Assembly: GCA_977020255.1 (NCBI GenBank)
Contig: CDROCS010002834.1
Coordinates: 62,001-126,000, forward strand
DNA from: Obrimoposthia wandeli
Taxonomy: Eukaryota
Direction: 5' to 3'
DNA length: 64,000 nucleotides
This document shows, piece by piece, positions 55,470-64,000 of the stretch (positions are counted from its first letter, which is position 1; each line of letters begins with the position of its first letter). The notes below the pieces were generated by a model that made no database searches, was not told the DNA's origin, and saw only the letters and a program-made list of their open reading frames with translations. The position numbers were made by a program, and so were the translations under genes.

Positions 55470-56075
55470 ATGAGTTCACTTGTTCAGCAACCAACATCAC
55501 CCCGGCAGCAGATACGCCAACAAATTCGACAAGCTCGCCGTGCATTATCAAAAGATGAGCAGCACACTGCAAGCCAACAGCTTTTGTCGCAATTCAAACA
55601 ATTGCCTTACGTATCGTCAGCGCAACACATCGCTTTATACTTGGCTAACGACGGTGAAATAGATACGCTGCCGTTAATACAGTGGTTATGGCAACAACAA
55701 AAATCCGTCTACTTACCGGTACTCCACCCTTTCAGCCAAGGGCATTTATTGTTTTTGCATTACACAGCTCAAACCCGCATGACGACCAATAAATACAAGA
55801 TTAAAGAGCCCGTGCTCGATGTCCGGCTTGTAAAGCCAGTTCCTGAGCTTGATATTATTTTTACCCCTTTGGTCGCATTCGATAAAACAGGCCAACGACT
55901 TGGCATGGGCGGAGGATATTATGATCGTACACTCGCGTCTTGGCATAACCACAAAACCGGACCTCGCCCCATAGGCTTAGCCCACCACTGTCAGCAAGTA
56001 AGTAGCCTGCCACATGAAGTGTGGGATGTCCCTTTACCCGATATTATTACGCCATCAGGTCATTTTAATTGGTAA
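55470..56075 (+). CDS. ygfA: 5-formyltetrahydrofolate cyclo-ligase
   Basis: PLVAFDKTGQRLGMGGGYYDR, HEVWDVPL. Confidence 0.95.
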   Translation: MSSLVQQPTSPRQQIRQQIRQARRALSKDEQHTASQQLLSQFKQLPYVSSAQHIALYLANDGEIDTLPLIQWLWQQQKSVYLPVLHPFSQGHLLFLHYTAQTRMTTNKYKIKEPVLDVRLVKPVPELDIIFTPLVAFDKTGQRLGMGGGYYDRTLASWHNHKTGPRPIGLAHHCQQVSSLPHEVWDVPLPDIITPSGHFNW

Positions 56076-56355
56076 CCGTTTCCTCCAAATCTGTCGGAAA
56101 AATCACCACAAACAAGAATTACCCCCCTTTCCTCTCAGAGGAAAAAGCCAACATAACGCAAACGTTTGGCTTTTTATGTGCCACAACAGATGCGCTAAAT
56201 ATTTGTTATTCATAGATTTATACTTTTTGTTTTTAAAAACAAAGATCTCAGTCAAAAAAATCTCCTGACGAGCCATATACTCTTCGCTATAATCAGCGCT
56301 CTGATTGGATCAGATAACTGTTCAGTTTGGTATTAGCCATTACTAGGAGAAAGGC

Positions 56356-57015
56356 ATGACACAAGATGAAATGAAGAAAGCTGCTGGCTGGGCTGCACTG
56401 GAATACGTGACTAAAGGTAGCATTGTGGGTGTGGGTACAGGCTCAACTGTTAATCACTTCATCGATGCTCTAGAAACACGTAAAGAAGAAATTAAAGGTG
56501 CTGTTTCAAGTTCTGTTGCTTCTACTGAACGTCTAGAAAAACTGGGCATTCCTGTATTTGAAGCAAACGAAGTCGCTGGGTTAGATATCTATGTCGATGG
56601 CGCTGATGAAATCAACGCTGAATACGACATGATCAAAGGTGGCGGTGCCGCTTTAACACGTGAAAAAATCGTGGCAGCCATTTCTGATAAGTTCATTTGT
56701 ATTGTTGATGACACTAAACAAGTTGATGTTTTAGGTCAATTCCCATTACCGGTTGAAGTCATTCCAATGGCACGTTCTTTCATCGGTCGCGAACTTGTTA
56801 AGCTTGGCGGTGATCCTGAATACCGTGAAGGTGTGGTTACTGATAACGGCAATATCATCATTGATGTGCACAACATGGCTATCACTGATGCAAAAGACAT
56901 GGAAAAGAAAATCAATGCCCTACCTGGCGTTGTGACTGTTGGTCTATTTGCTGCCCGTGGCGCTGACGTTCTATTGGTCGGTGCACCTGAAGGCGTAAGA
57001 AAATTCGAGAAATAA
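56356..57015 (+). CDS. rpiA: Ribose-5-phosphate isomerase A
   Basis: [23 protein letters not shown]. Confidence 0.98.
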   Translation: MTQDEMKKAAGWAALEYVTKGSIVGVGTGSTVNHFIDALETRKEEIKGAVSSSVASTERLEKLGIPVFEANEVAGLDIYVDGADEINAEYDMIKGGGAALTREKIVAAISDKFICIVDDTKQVDVLGQFPLPVEVIPMARSFIGRELVKLGGDPEYREGVVTDNGNIIIDVHNMAITDAKDMEKKINALPGVVTVGLFAARGADVLLVGAPEGVRKFEK

Positions 57016-57050
57016 TTGCGTACAGTTAAACGCTAACGTTATTTCCTTAC

Positions 57051-57078
57051 AAAACGGCATAATATATGCCGTTTTTTA
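57051..57078 (+). terminator. rpiA terminator
   Basis: AAACGGCAT-AATAT-ATGCCGTTT-TTTT. Confidence 0.75.
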
Positions 57079-57276
57079 TTATCTATTTCGTAATATTCTT
57101 ACCCTTATTGCTCATTTTTTGATACTTTAATAAACAGTATGTAGCACTTTTTTGAGTGTAAGCTCAAGCTACTGGTGTGCAGGAAAGGGATATCCGCAAC
57201 TGCTATAAGCCACAATTCCTTCCCACTTAACCAGTACGCTTTGATCCCTTACTCATGTTTTTAAGGAAGAGAACCA

Positions 57277-58506
57277 ATGGCTAAAGTTTCACTGGATAAA
57301 GAAAAGATTAAAGTTCTTTTATTAGAAGGTTTACACCCTTCTAGTTTAGAGGTTTTACAGCAAGCCGGTTATACCAATATTGAGTACCATAAAGGCTCAC
57401 TTGCAGGTGAAGAACTGCTTGAAGCGATCAAAGATGCACATTTCGTTGGTATTCGTTCCCGTACTCAGCTTACTGAAGAAGTCTTTAACGCTGCCAAAAA
57501 ACTCACTGCTGTTGGTTGTTTCTGTATTGGTACAAACCAAGTTGACCTTGCTGCTGCCAGTAAGCGTGGTATCCCTGTCTTTAATGCCCCCTTCTCCAAT
57601 ACACGAAGTGTTGCTGAGTTAGTACTTGGTGAAATACTTCTACTTGTTCGTGGTATTCCAGAGAAAAATGCCAAAGCACACCGTGGTGAATGGCAGAAAT
57701 CAGCAGATAACTCTTTCGAAGCACGCGGTAAACGCCTAGGTATCGTGGGTTATGGTCATATTGGTACTCAACTGGGTATTCTGGCTGAAAATCTCGGTAT
57801 GCGGGTGTATTACTACGATATTGAAAACAAGCTATCACTGGGAAATGCGACCCAAATTGGTACCATGTCTGAGCTACTGAATAAGTGTGATGTAATCAGC
57901 TTACATGTACCTGAAACACCTGATACACAAGATATGATGGGCGCAGAGGAGTTTGCGCGTATGAAACCAGGTTCGATTTTCATTAACGCTGCCCGTGGTA
58001 CGGTTGTTGATATTGATGCTTTATGTGGTGCACTAGAAAGTAAACACCTCGCAGGCGCGGCTATTGATGTATTCCCGACCGAGCCAAAAACCAATAGCGA
58101 TCCATTTTATTCACCACTAGCCCAATTCGATAATGTTCTGCTTACACCGCACATTGGTGGTTCAACACAAGAAGCACAAGAAAATATCGGCATTGAAGTT
58201 GCGGGTAAGATTGTGAAGTACTCAGATAATGGTTCTACCTTGTCTGCCGTTGGTTTCCCTGAGGTATCACTACCTGAACACCGTGATTGTTCTCGTTTAT
58301 TACACATTCACGAAAACCGCCCAGGTATTCTGAATCAAATAACCACTATTTTTGCTTCTGAAGGAATTAACATTGCCGCTCAATACCTACAAACAGGTGC
58401 TGAAATTGGTTATGTGGTTATTGATGTTGAAATTGAACGTGCAGAAGAAGCACTAAATAAGCTAAAAGCGATCGAAGGGACTATCCGTGCACGTATTTTG
58501 CACTAA
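57277..58506 (+). CDS. serA: D-3-phosphoglycerate dehydrogenase
   Basis: GCFCIGTNQVD, GYGHIG, NAARG, TPHIGGST, ACT domain. Confidence 0.98.
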   Translation: MAKVSLDKEKIKVLLLEGLHPSSLEVLQQAGYTNIEYHKGSLAGEELLEAIKDAHFVGIRSRTQLTEEVFNAAKKLTAVGCFCIGTNQVDLAAASKRGIPVFNAPFSNTRSVAELVLGEILLLVRGIPEKNAKAHRGEWQKSADNSFEARGKRLGIVGYGHIGTQLGILAENLGMRVYYYDIENKLSLGNATQIGTMSELLNKCDVISLHVPETPDTQDMMGAEEFARMKPGSIFINAARGTVVDIDALCGALESKHLAGAAIDVFPTEPKTNSDPFYSPLAQFDNVLLTPHIGGSTQEAQENIGIEVAGKIVKYSDNGSTLSAVGFPEVSLPEHRDCSRLLHIHENRPGILNQITTIFASEGINIAAQYLQTGAEIGYVVIDVEIERAEEALNKLKAIEGTIRARILH

Positions 58507-58527
58507 GTTCTGAGTAAATCAGATACT

Positions 58528-58556
58528 AAAAAGGAGAACATGATGTTCTCCTTTTT
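58528..58556. terminator. Bidirectional terminator serA/yggE
   Basis: AAAAAGGAGAAC-ATGAT-GTTCTCCTTTTT. Confidence 0.8.
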
Positions 58557-58566
58557 ATTTGCGTAT

Positions 58567-58617
58567 TATACCAAGCTAGACAAGTACCTGATCATTCACT
58601 TATCCAGAGTGGTATTA
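58567..58617. mobile_element. Minimal MITE/ERIC-like hairpin element (51 bp)
   Basis: TATACCAAGCTAGACAAGTACCTGATCATTCACTTATCCAGAGTGGTATTA; the first 31 nt match 53779-53809 at 28 positions. Confidence 0.6.
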
Positions 58618-59316
58618 CTCTTCAAGCCTAAAGACCACTTCAACACGATCTCTAATGGTGATCTGAGAATCTTGATAAGATGCTTCAGTATTCGCACCAG
58701 AGTCCATCGCCATTGCTCGCATCATTACAGGGCGTACCATTGATGGCTGATAGTTAATTTTCCATACCCCATCAATTTTTTCACCAAAACCCGCAGCTAA
58801 AGATTTCGCTTTTGCTTGCGCATCTTTTATTGCAGCAAGGCGTGCTTGTTCAGCAAACTCCGCTTCATTGCTCACTTTAAGCTGAATATTATTGATTCCA
58901 TTAATACCATCACCTAATGCGCCATCAAGGTACGTATTAAGATTTTCTAGCTTTTTCACTGTCACGGTTACATGGCGGCTAGCACGGTAACCGGTTAATT
59001 CAGGCTTTTGATCTTTTGGATAATGATATTGTGGATTAAGGCGAATATTAGCACTTTCAATATCACTGCGTTCTACACCCTCTTTCTTTAGGCGCTCATT
59101 GAATGCTGTTACCGCTTTATCTACCGCTTGTTTGGCTTCTTTCGCTGTTGGGCGAGTTTCTGTTACTTCAACAGAAAACACAGCCATATCAGGTTGAGCA
59201 ATCACCTCGCCCACGCCTATTGTTTCAAGGTGAGGAAAGCTGACATCAGCAGCCATCGCGCCTGTAGAAATGAATGAACTAGTGCCTAAAACAACTGCCA
59301 GTAAATGCTTCTTCAT
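58615..59316 (-). CDS. yggE: SIMPL (DUF541) family periplasmic protein YggE
   Basis: Signal peptide, PDMA, GYRASRHVTV, ARLAAIKDA; position next to argP. Confidence 0.85.
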   Translation of the reverse strand: MKKHLLAVVLGTSSFISTGAMAADVSFPHLETIGVGEVIAQPDMAVFSVEVTETRPTAKEAKQAVDKAVTAFNERLKKEGVERSDIESANIRLNPQYHYPKDQKPELTGYRASRHVTVTVKKLENLNTYLDGALGDGINGINNIQLKVSNEAEFAEQARLAAIKDAQAKAKSLAAGFGEKIDGVWKINYQPSMVRPVMMRAMAMDSGANTEASYQDSQITIRDRVEVVFRLEE

Positions 59317-59526
59317 TCTGATTTCCTATTGATTAATTTACGTTTCAATTATTTGTTCTTATGCATTCGACAACAAGATAGCTAAAAAAATCCCGATGCA
59401 TTCTATTTTTATGTACATTGTTTTATTTGTAAATTAGTGTCAATACAATTACTTAAAAACATAACTAAGTAATAGACTAACTTTTAATCATTCACTAGCC
59501 CGCCATGTCTAAAAATAAACATGCCA

Positions 59527-60423
59527 CTATTGCGGTAAAACCTGCCGAGCATACTGAATTAGCCGTTCCGATAATTCGGTTAACACACCGCTTTCTAATG
59601 CCCAATGATGCCAATACAAGTCACGAACTAAAGAAAGCTTAGGTGTAACATTAACGAGATCTCCGCGCTCAAGTTCTCTTTGGATCTGCACTTCAGGGAT
59701 CAAACAATATGCGATCCCTTCAGTGGCGATCCGCACAAATGCTTCAGAAGATCTTACCGTATGCTTCATCACGCTACCGATAGGTAAATTAAAATATTGC
59801 TGTACAAACACTTCATGCATATCATCATGATGATCAAACACAACCCCAGGGGCTGATACTAAGTTAGCTTGGGTAACACCATTCGGAAAATATTTTTGCT
59901 GAAAGTCAGGGCTTGCGACACATAAGTAATTCATTCGTCCAAGGTAATCAGCCACACATCCAGAGATTAACCCGGTCTCCATACTGATCGCCCCTACAAC
60001 CTCCCCACTGCGCAGCTTATCTAAGGTGCGCGCTTCATCTTCGACCAATAAGTTCAGCTCAATAAACCGCGATTTTAATAGTGGGCTTAATGCTGGTAAT
60101 AACCATGTTGCCAAGCTATCAGCATTTGTCGCCAATGCGACCGACAGTGGCTGGCTAATGTCATCTGGTGTAATTTCTGGCAGGACGTCTTGTTCTAATA
60201 ACCTAACTCTTCGATACAAACCTAATAGCTTCTGCCCTGCTGCCGTCGGTCTTGGGGGTTGCTCTCTGACTAATAAAGGTTGTGCCATTAACTTTTCTAG
60301 CTGTTTAATCCGCTGAGAAACTGCCGACTGGGTAATACATAATTTCTCTGCTGCTCGTTCAAAACCACGCTGGGCGATCACGGCATCCAACGCAGCTACC
60401 CAACGATAATCGAGTCCTCGCAT
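59527..60423 (-). CDS. argP: LysR-family regulator ArgP (IciA)
   Basis: [36 protein letters not shown]; divergent from argO. Confidence 0.94.
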   Translation of the reverse strand: MRGLDYRWVAALDAVIAQRGFERAAEKLCITQSAVSQRIKQLEKLMAQPLLVREQPPRPTAAGQKLLGLYRRVRLLEQDVLPEITPDDISQPLSVALATNADSLATWLLPALSPLLKSRFIELNLLVEDEARTLDKLRSGEVVGAISMETGLISGCVADYLGRMNYLCVASPDFQQKYFPNGVTQANLVSAPGVVFDHHDDMHEVFVQQYFNLPIGSVMKHTVRSSEAFVRIATEGIAYCLIPEVQIQRELERGDLVNVTPKLSLVRDLYWHHWALESGVLTELSERLIQYARQVLPQ

Positions 60424-60467
60424 AGTCATCGCTCCTTTTTAAAAATCATGACTCAACATTAAACTAT

Positions 60468-60488
60468 ATTATTAGAAATTCTAATAAT
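60468..60488. promoter_or_regulatory. LTTR (ArgP) operator palindrome
   Basis: ATTATTAGAAATTCTAATAAT, containing ATTA-N7-TAAT (T-N11-A), in the argP/argO intergenic region. Confidence 0.65.
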
Positions 60489-60582
60489 CCATAAGTTTTA
60501 TTAGTTGTACTTAATATCAAACGAGAGAGTAGACTTCCACCATCCAATATTGCTCAACAATACAATTTAAAGGCAACCTACT

Positions 60583-61218
60583 ATGAATGTTTGGGTGTTA
60601 TTGCAAGGATTTGGGTTAGGCGCAAGCATGATCATTCCAATAGGTGCACAGAATGCCTATGTACTAAATCAAGGTATTAAGCGTAACCATCATTTAACAA
60701 CGGCGACAATTTGCAGTGTATGTGATGTGCTGTTTATTAGCTTAGGGATATTTGGCGGTGGTGCGCTGTTAGCAAGTAATGAAGTTTTACTGTTTACTGT
60801 AACCATTGGCGGTATTTTGTTTTTACTCTTTTATGGCTGCATGTCTTTAAAAAGTGCACGACAAAGTACACGACCAGACAAACAACATACTCAAACAATC
60901 CCCCGTGGGCGTCGTGCCGTTATTCTTGGGGCATTAGCCGTTACGGTATTAAACCCACATTTATATTTAGATACTGTTGTTATTCTAGGTTCTATTGGCG
61001 GGCAGTTCGAGGGTAGTGATCGTATCGCGTTTGCGGTCGGTACTATATTAGCGTCTTTCGTATGGTTTTATAGCTTATCCGTGGGTGCCGCAAAATTAGC
61101 CCCGACACTGTCAAAACCTAAGGTAAAAGCAGGTATTGATGTTGCAGTGGCAGCCATGATGTTTTTCATCGCTGGGCACTTGATTACAGAATTATGGAGT
61201 AACTATGTCATTAAGTAA
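60583..61218 (+). CDS. argO: Arginine exporter ArgO (LysE family)
   Basis: IIPIGAQNAYVL, LNPHLYLDTV..GS. Confidence 0.92.
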   Translation: MNVWVLLQGFGLGASMIIPIGAQNAYVLNQGIKRNHHLTTATICSVCDVLFISLGIFGGGALLASNEVLLFTVTIGGILFLLFYGCMSLKSARQSTRPDKQHTQTIPRGRRAVILGALAVTVLNPHLYLDTVVILGSIGGQFEGSDRIAFAVGTILASFVWFYSLSVGAAKLAPTLSKPKVKAGIDVAVAAMMFFIAGHLITELWSNYVIK

Positions 61219-61735
61219 TGAGCCAGTAGAAGCTAGCTCACAAAATAAAGTAGACCTAATTTATCAATTAAATATCGACTTGTTCACGCAATCTGGGGTG
61301 CATTACCAAGAATGGCAACACGAACCGATTTTGGATTTCGCTACCGATCAGCGTATAAGTGATGAACTCGGCATTACCGCAGCACCAACAAAAAGTTTAT
61401 TCATGAAGCTAAAAGGTGGCGGTCATTGTTTATTGTTGACCCATCGCGACAACCGCCTTGACAGCAAGTTGGTAAAATCCTTAGTAGGTAAACGCGTATC
61501 AATATGTAGCAATGAAGAAATGATTGCCGCGATTGGCTGTGAACCGGGGGCCGTGTGTCCGTTTGGTTTGCCCGAACATGTCACATTGATCATAGATCCG
61601 GTACTGTATGGCTTTGACGAAATCATGTACACCCCAGGCAAGCCGACGTCTACATTTTCTTTCGCTGGCGCAAAGCTAGATTCATTATTGGCATTGTTAC
61701 CGAATCCACAAATTCATTTACCGTCATCAGCCTGA
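61205..61735 (+). CDS. YbaK/ProXp (INS superfamily) aminoacyl-tRNA deacylase-like protein
   Basis: PTKSLFMK, GCEPGAVCPFG loop; GGAG RBS; overlaps argO by 14 bp. Confidence 0.75.
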   Translation: MSLSNEPVEASSQNKVDLIYQLNIDLFTQSGVHYQEWQHEPILDFATDQRISDELGITAAPTKSLFMKLKGGGHCLLLTHRDNRLDSKLVKSLVGKRVSICSNEEMIAAIGCEPGAVCPFGLPEHVTLIIDPVLYGFDEIMYTPGKPTSTFSFAGAKLDSLLALLPNPQIHLPSSA

Positions 61736-61782
61736 AAACATATCAAGGTTTCATCGCCGTATTTGACCTGATTTTTTCCAAT

Positions 61783-61810
61783 AAAAATGGAGCCATTCGG
61801 CTCCATTTTT
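61783..61810. terminator. Bidirectional terminator
   Basis: AAAAATGGAGCC-ATTC-GGCTCCATTTTT. Confidence 0.85.
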
Positions 61811-61827
61811 CTTTATTCTAAACTAGA

Positions 61828-62712
61828 TTAGCTTTCCAGCTTATTTAAATGTACATCCATTTGTGGGAATGGAATACCGATATCTTCTTTATCAAGCTCT
61901 TCTTTAATTGCTTGAAGAAGATCAAAATATACCGTCCAGTAATCACCGGTTTTAACCCACGGGCGAACCACAAAGTTAACTGATGAATCAGCCAATGCGA
62001 CAACACCAATAGTCGGAGCTGGATCTTTTAGCACACGGGGATCCGCTTCAACAACACGCGTCAGTACTTCCTTCGTTTTCTTCAAATCAGCGTTATAAGA
62101 AACACCAATGACGAAATCAATACGACGAGTCTCATGACGAGAGTAGTTAGTAATTGCACTACCAATTACTGCACCGTTTGGTACAACAACCATTTTATTA
62201 TCAGGTGTTGTTAGAATAGTTTGGAAAATCTGGATTGATTCAACAGAACCCGCCACACCACCAATTTCCACATAGTCACCAGATTTAAATGGACGGAAGG
62301 CAACGATTAATACACCAGCAGCAAAGTTAGATAACGACCCTTGCAGTGCTAAACCAATTGCTAAACCAGCGGCACCAATTACTGCAACCACAGAAGCCGT
62401 TTGAATACCTAAACGACCTAAAGCGGCAATAAGAACAATGACGAATAACAAGTAACGAACCAACGAGTGTAAGAACTCAACAACGGCTTCATCCATGTCT
62501 TTCTTACGCAGCACTTTCGCAACGCCATTGGCAATGGTTTTTACAATGATATTACCAATAAATAAAATCAATACTGCCGAAACAAGATTCACGGCATATT
62601 GCAGTAATAATTCTTGGTTATCTGCCACCCAATCACCAGCACTTAACACTGTCGCTGTTAATTCATTATCTGTAATTGTATCAACAACTTTATCAGTAAC
62701 GCTCTCTGTCAT
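61828..62712 (-). CDS. mscS: Small-conductance mechanosensitive channel MscS
   Basis: GAAGLAIGLALQGSLSNFAAG, RPFKSGD, IPFPQMDVH. Confidence 0.96.
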   Translation of the reverse strand: MTESVTDKVVDTITDNELTATVLSAGDWVADNQELLLQYAVNLVSAVLILFIGNIIVKTIANGVAKVLRKKDMDEAVVEFLHSLVRYLLFVIVLIAALGRLGIQTASVVAVIGAAGLAIGLALQGSLSNFAAGVLIVAFRPFKSGDYVEIGGVAGSVESIQIFQTILTTPDNKMVVVPNGAVIGSAITNYSRHETRRIDFVIGVSYNADLKKTKEVLTRVVEADPRVLKDPAPTIGVVALADSSVNFVVRPWVKTGDYWTVYFDLLQAIKEELDKEDIGIPFPQMDVHLNKLES

Positions 62713-62987
62713 TATAAATCTCTCTAATTATTAGTCCCGTAACCACCAACTATTATTTTTACGCAATGTATTATCATACAAGATGCATAGAGTAGTCATA
62801 ATCTAGGGTTAAACTTACCTATTAATATAACAGCGTTTTTATAATTTACTGCCAAAGATTAACTAAAGTCAGAATTATTAAGTAATTTATTGCTATTAGG
62901 GTAATAAAAAAATACCTAACAAAAATAAATAATCATAAATAAAATCGAATAAAGAACATTTAAAGTTATAACGCATTGTTGCAGAAC

Positions 62988-63014
62988 AAAAAAAACCCGC
63001 TAAATGCGGGCTTT
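62988..63014 (-). terminator. fbaA terminator
   Basis: AAGCCCGC-ATTTA-GCGGGTTTTTTTT on the minus strand. Confidence 0.75.
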
Positions 63015-63061
63015 AATAATCTCAATGTCCAACGCCTAAGCGTGGATTATTCTGTAATAAA

Positions 63062-64000
63062 TTACAGTACGTCGATTGCGTTAAGGTCAGAGAATGCTTT
63101 CTCTAGACGCGCAACCATTGACGTTTGACCAGCGCGTAACCAAACGCGTGGATCATAGTATTTCTTGTTTGGCGCAGATTCGCCAGTTGGGTTACCGATT
63201 TGACCTTGTAGGAAATCACGGTTTTCAGCTTCGTATGTACGAATGCCATCCCATGATGCCCACTGTGTATCAGTATCGATGTTCATTTTGATAACACCGT
63301 AACCGATAGACTCTTGGATTTCAGCTTCAGAAGAACCAGAACCACCGTGGAATACGAAGTTTAGTGCGTCAGATGCAATACCGAACTTCTCTGCACAGTA
63401 TGCTTGAGAGTCACGAAGGATAGTTGGAGTAAGAACAACGTTACCCGCTTGGTATACACCGTGTACATTACCGAAAGAAGCAGCGATAGTGAAACGTGGG
63501 CTGATAGCGTTTAGTTTCTCGTATGCGTAAGCTACATCTTCAGGTGACGTGTAAAGCTCAGAAGCGTCCATATCAGAGTTATCAACGCCGTCTTCTTCGC
63601 CGCCAGTACAACCTAGTTCGATTTCTAGCGTCATACCCATCTTAGCCATGCGCGCTAGGTACTTACCACAAGTTTCGATGTTTTCTTCTAGTGTTTCTTC
63701 AGAAAGGTCGATCATGTGAGAAGAGAATAGAGGCTTACCAGTTTGTGCGAAGAACTCTTCACCAGCGTCTAGTAGACCGTCGATCCATGGAAGAAGTTTC
63801 TTAGCAGCGTGGTCAGTATGAAGAATAACTGGAACACCGTAAGATGCCGCTACAGCGTGAACGTATTTTGCACCCGCTACAGCACCAAGGATTTGTGCAC
63901 CTTGACCTTCAAGTTTAACGCCTTTACCAGCGAAGAAACCAGCACCGCCGTTAGAGAACTGAACAACAACAGGCGCTTTAACTTTAGATGCTGCTTCTAG
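63062..64000 (-). CDS. fbaA: Class II fructose-bisphosphate aldolase, 5' end beyond the window
   Basis: The frame stays open to 64000 (LEAASKVKAPVVVQFSNGG...HTDHAAKKLLPWIDG...SSHMIDLS); FVFHGGSG. Confidence 0.98.
   Translation of the reverse strand, partial: LEAASKVKAPVVVQFSNGGAGFFAGKGVKLEGQGAQILGAVAGAKYVHAVAASYGVPVILHTDHAAKKLLPWIDGLLDAGEEFFAQTGKPLFSSHMIDLSEETLEENIETCGKYLARMAKMGMTLEIELGCTGGEEDGVDNSDMDASELYTSPEDVAYAYEKLNAISPRFTIAASFGNVHGVYQAGNVVLTPTILRDSQAYCAEKFGIASDALNFVFHGGSGSSEAEIQESIGYGVIKMNIDTDTQWASWDGIRTYEAENRDFLQGQIGNPTGESAPNKKYYDPRVWLRAGQTSMVARLEKAFSDLNAIDVL

Noticed and set aside
63062-63715. Truncated 217-aa aldolase
   Set aside because: The frame is open to the window edge; it is an intact fbaA cut by the boundary.

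Overview
64-kb core-chromosome segment of a Vibrionaceae bacterium. Gene order and protein sequences suggest Photobacterium (inference, not a database match). Most genes lie on the minus strand in a conserved backbone: yqaA(partial)-oadBAG-[tRNA cluster]-csrA-aspartokinase-alaS-recA-pncC / mutS / rpoS-nlpD-pcm-surE-truD-ispF-ispD-ftsB-eno-pyrG-mazG-relA-rlmD / barA / acpS-pdxJ-recO-era-rnc-lepB-lepA-rseCBA-rpoE / nadB / ygfX-sdhE / ygfZ-ybaK, an accessory block, then gcvH-ubiI-ubiH-ygfB / zapA-6S RNA-ygfA-rpiA-serA / yggE-argP / argO-deacylase / mscS-fbaA(partial). I found no IS, prophage, integron or CRISPR. Most notable: (1) a 14-gene tRNA operon (11 identical tRNA-Arg-ACG, 3 identical tRNA-Ser-GCT) built from 134-bp and 405-bp tandem units, with a stem-loop kept in the spacers; (2) a tightly coupled DUF134 - NifB/NifX-like - NqrM-like operon with no nif or nqr genes nearby, beside an orphan LysR and a four-CxxC protein; (3) a probable recX relic; (4) a YbaK/ProXp-type deacylase coupled to argO; (5) an orphan gcvH; (6) two families of small intergenic repeats (7-bp CTAG/TCGA arrays and TATACC-ended MITE-like hairpins). 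All family assignments are from motif recognition by eye; no searches were run.
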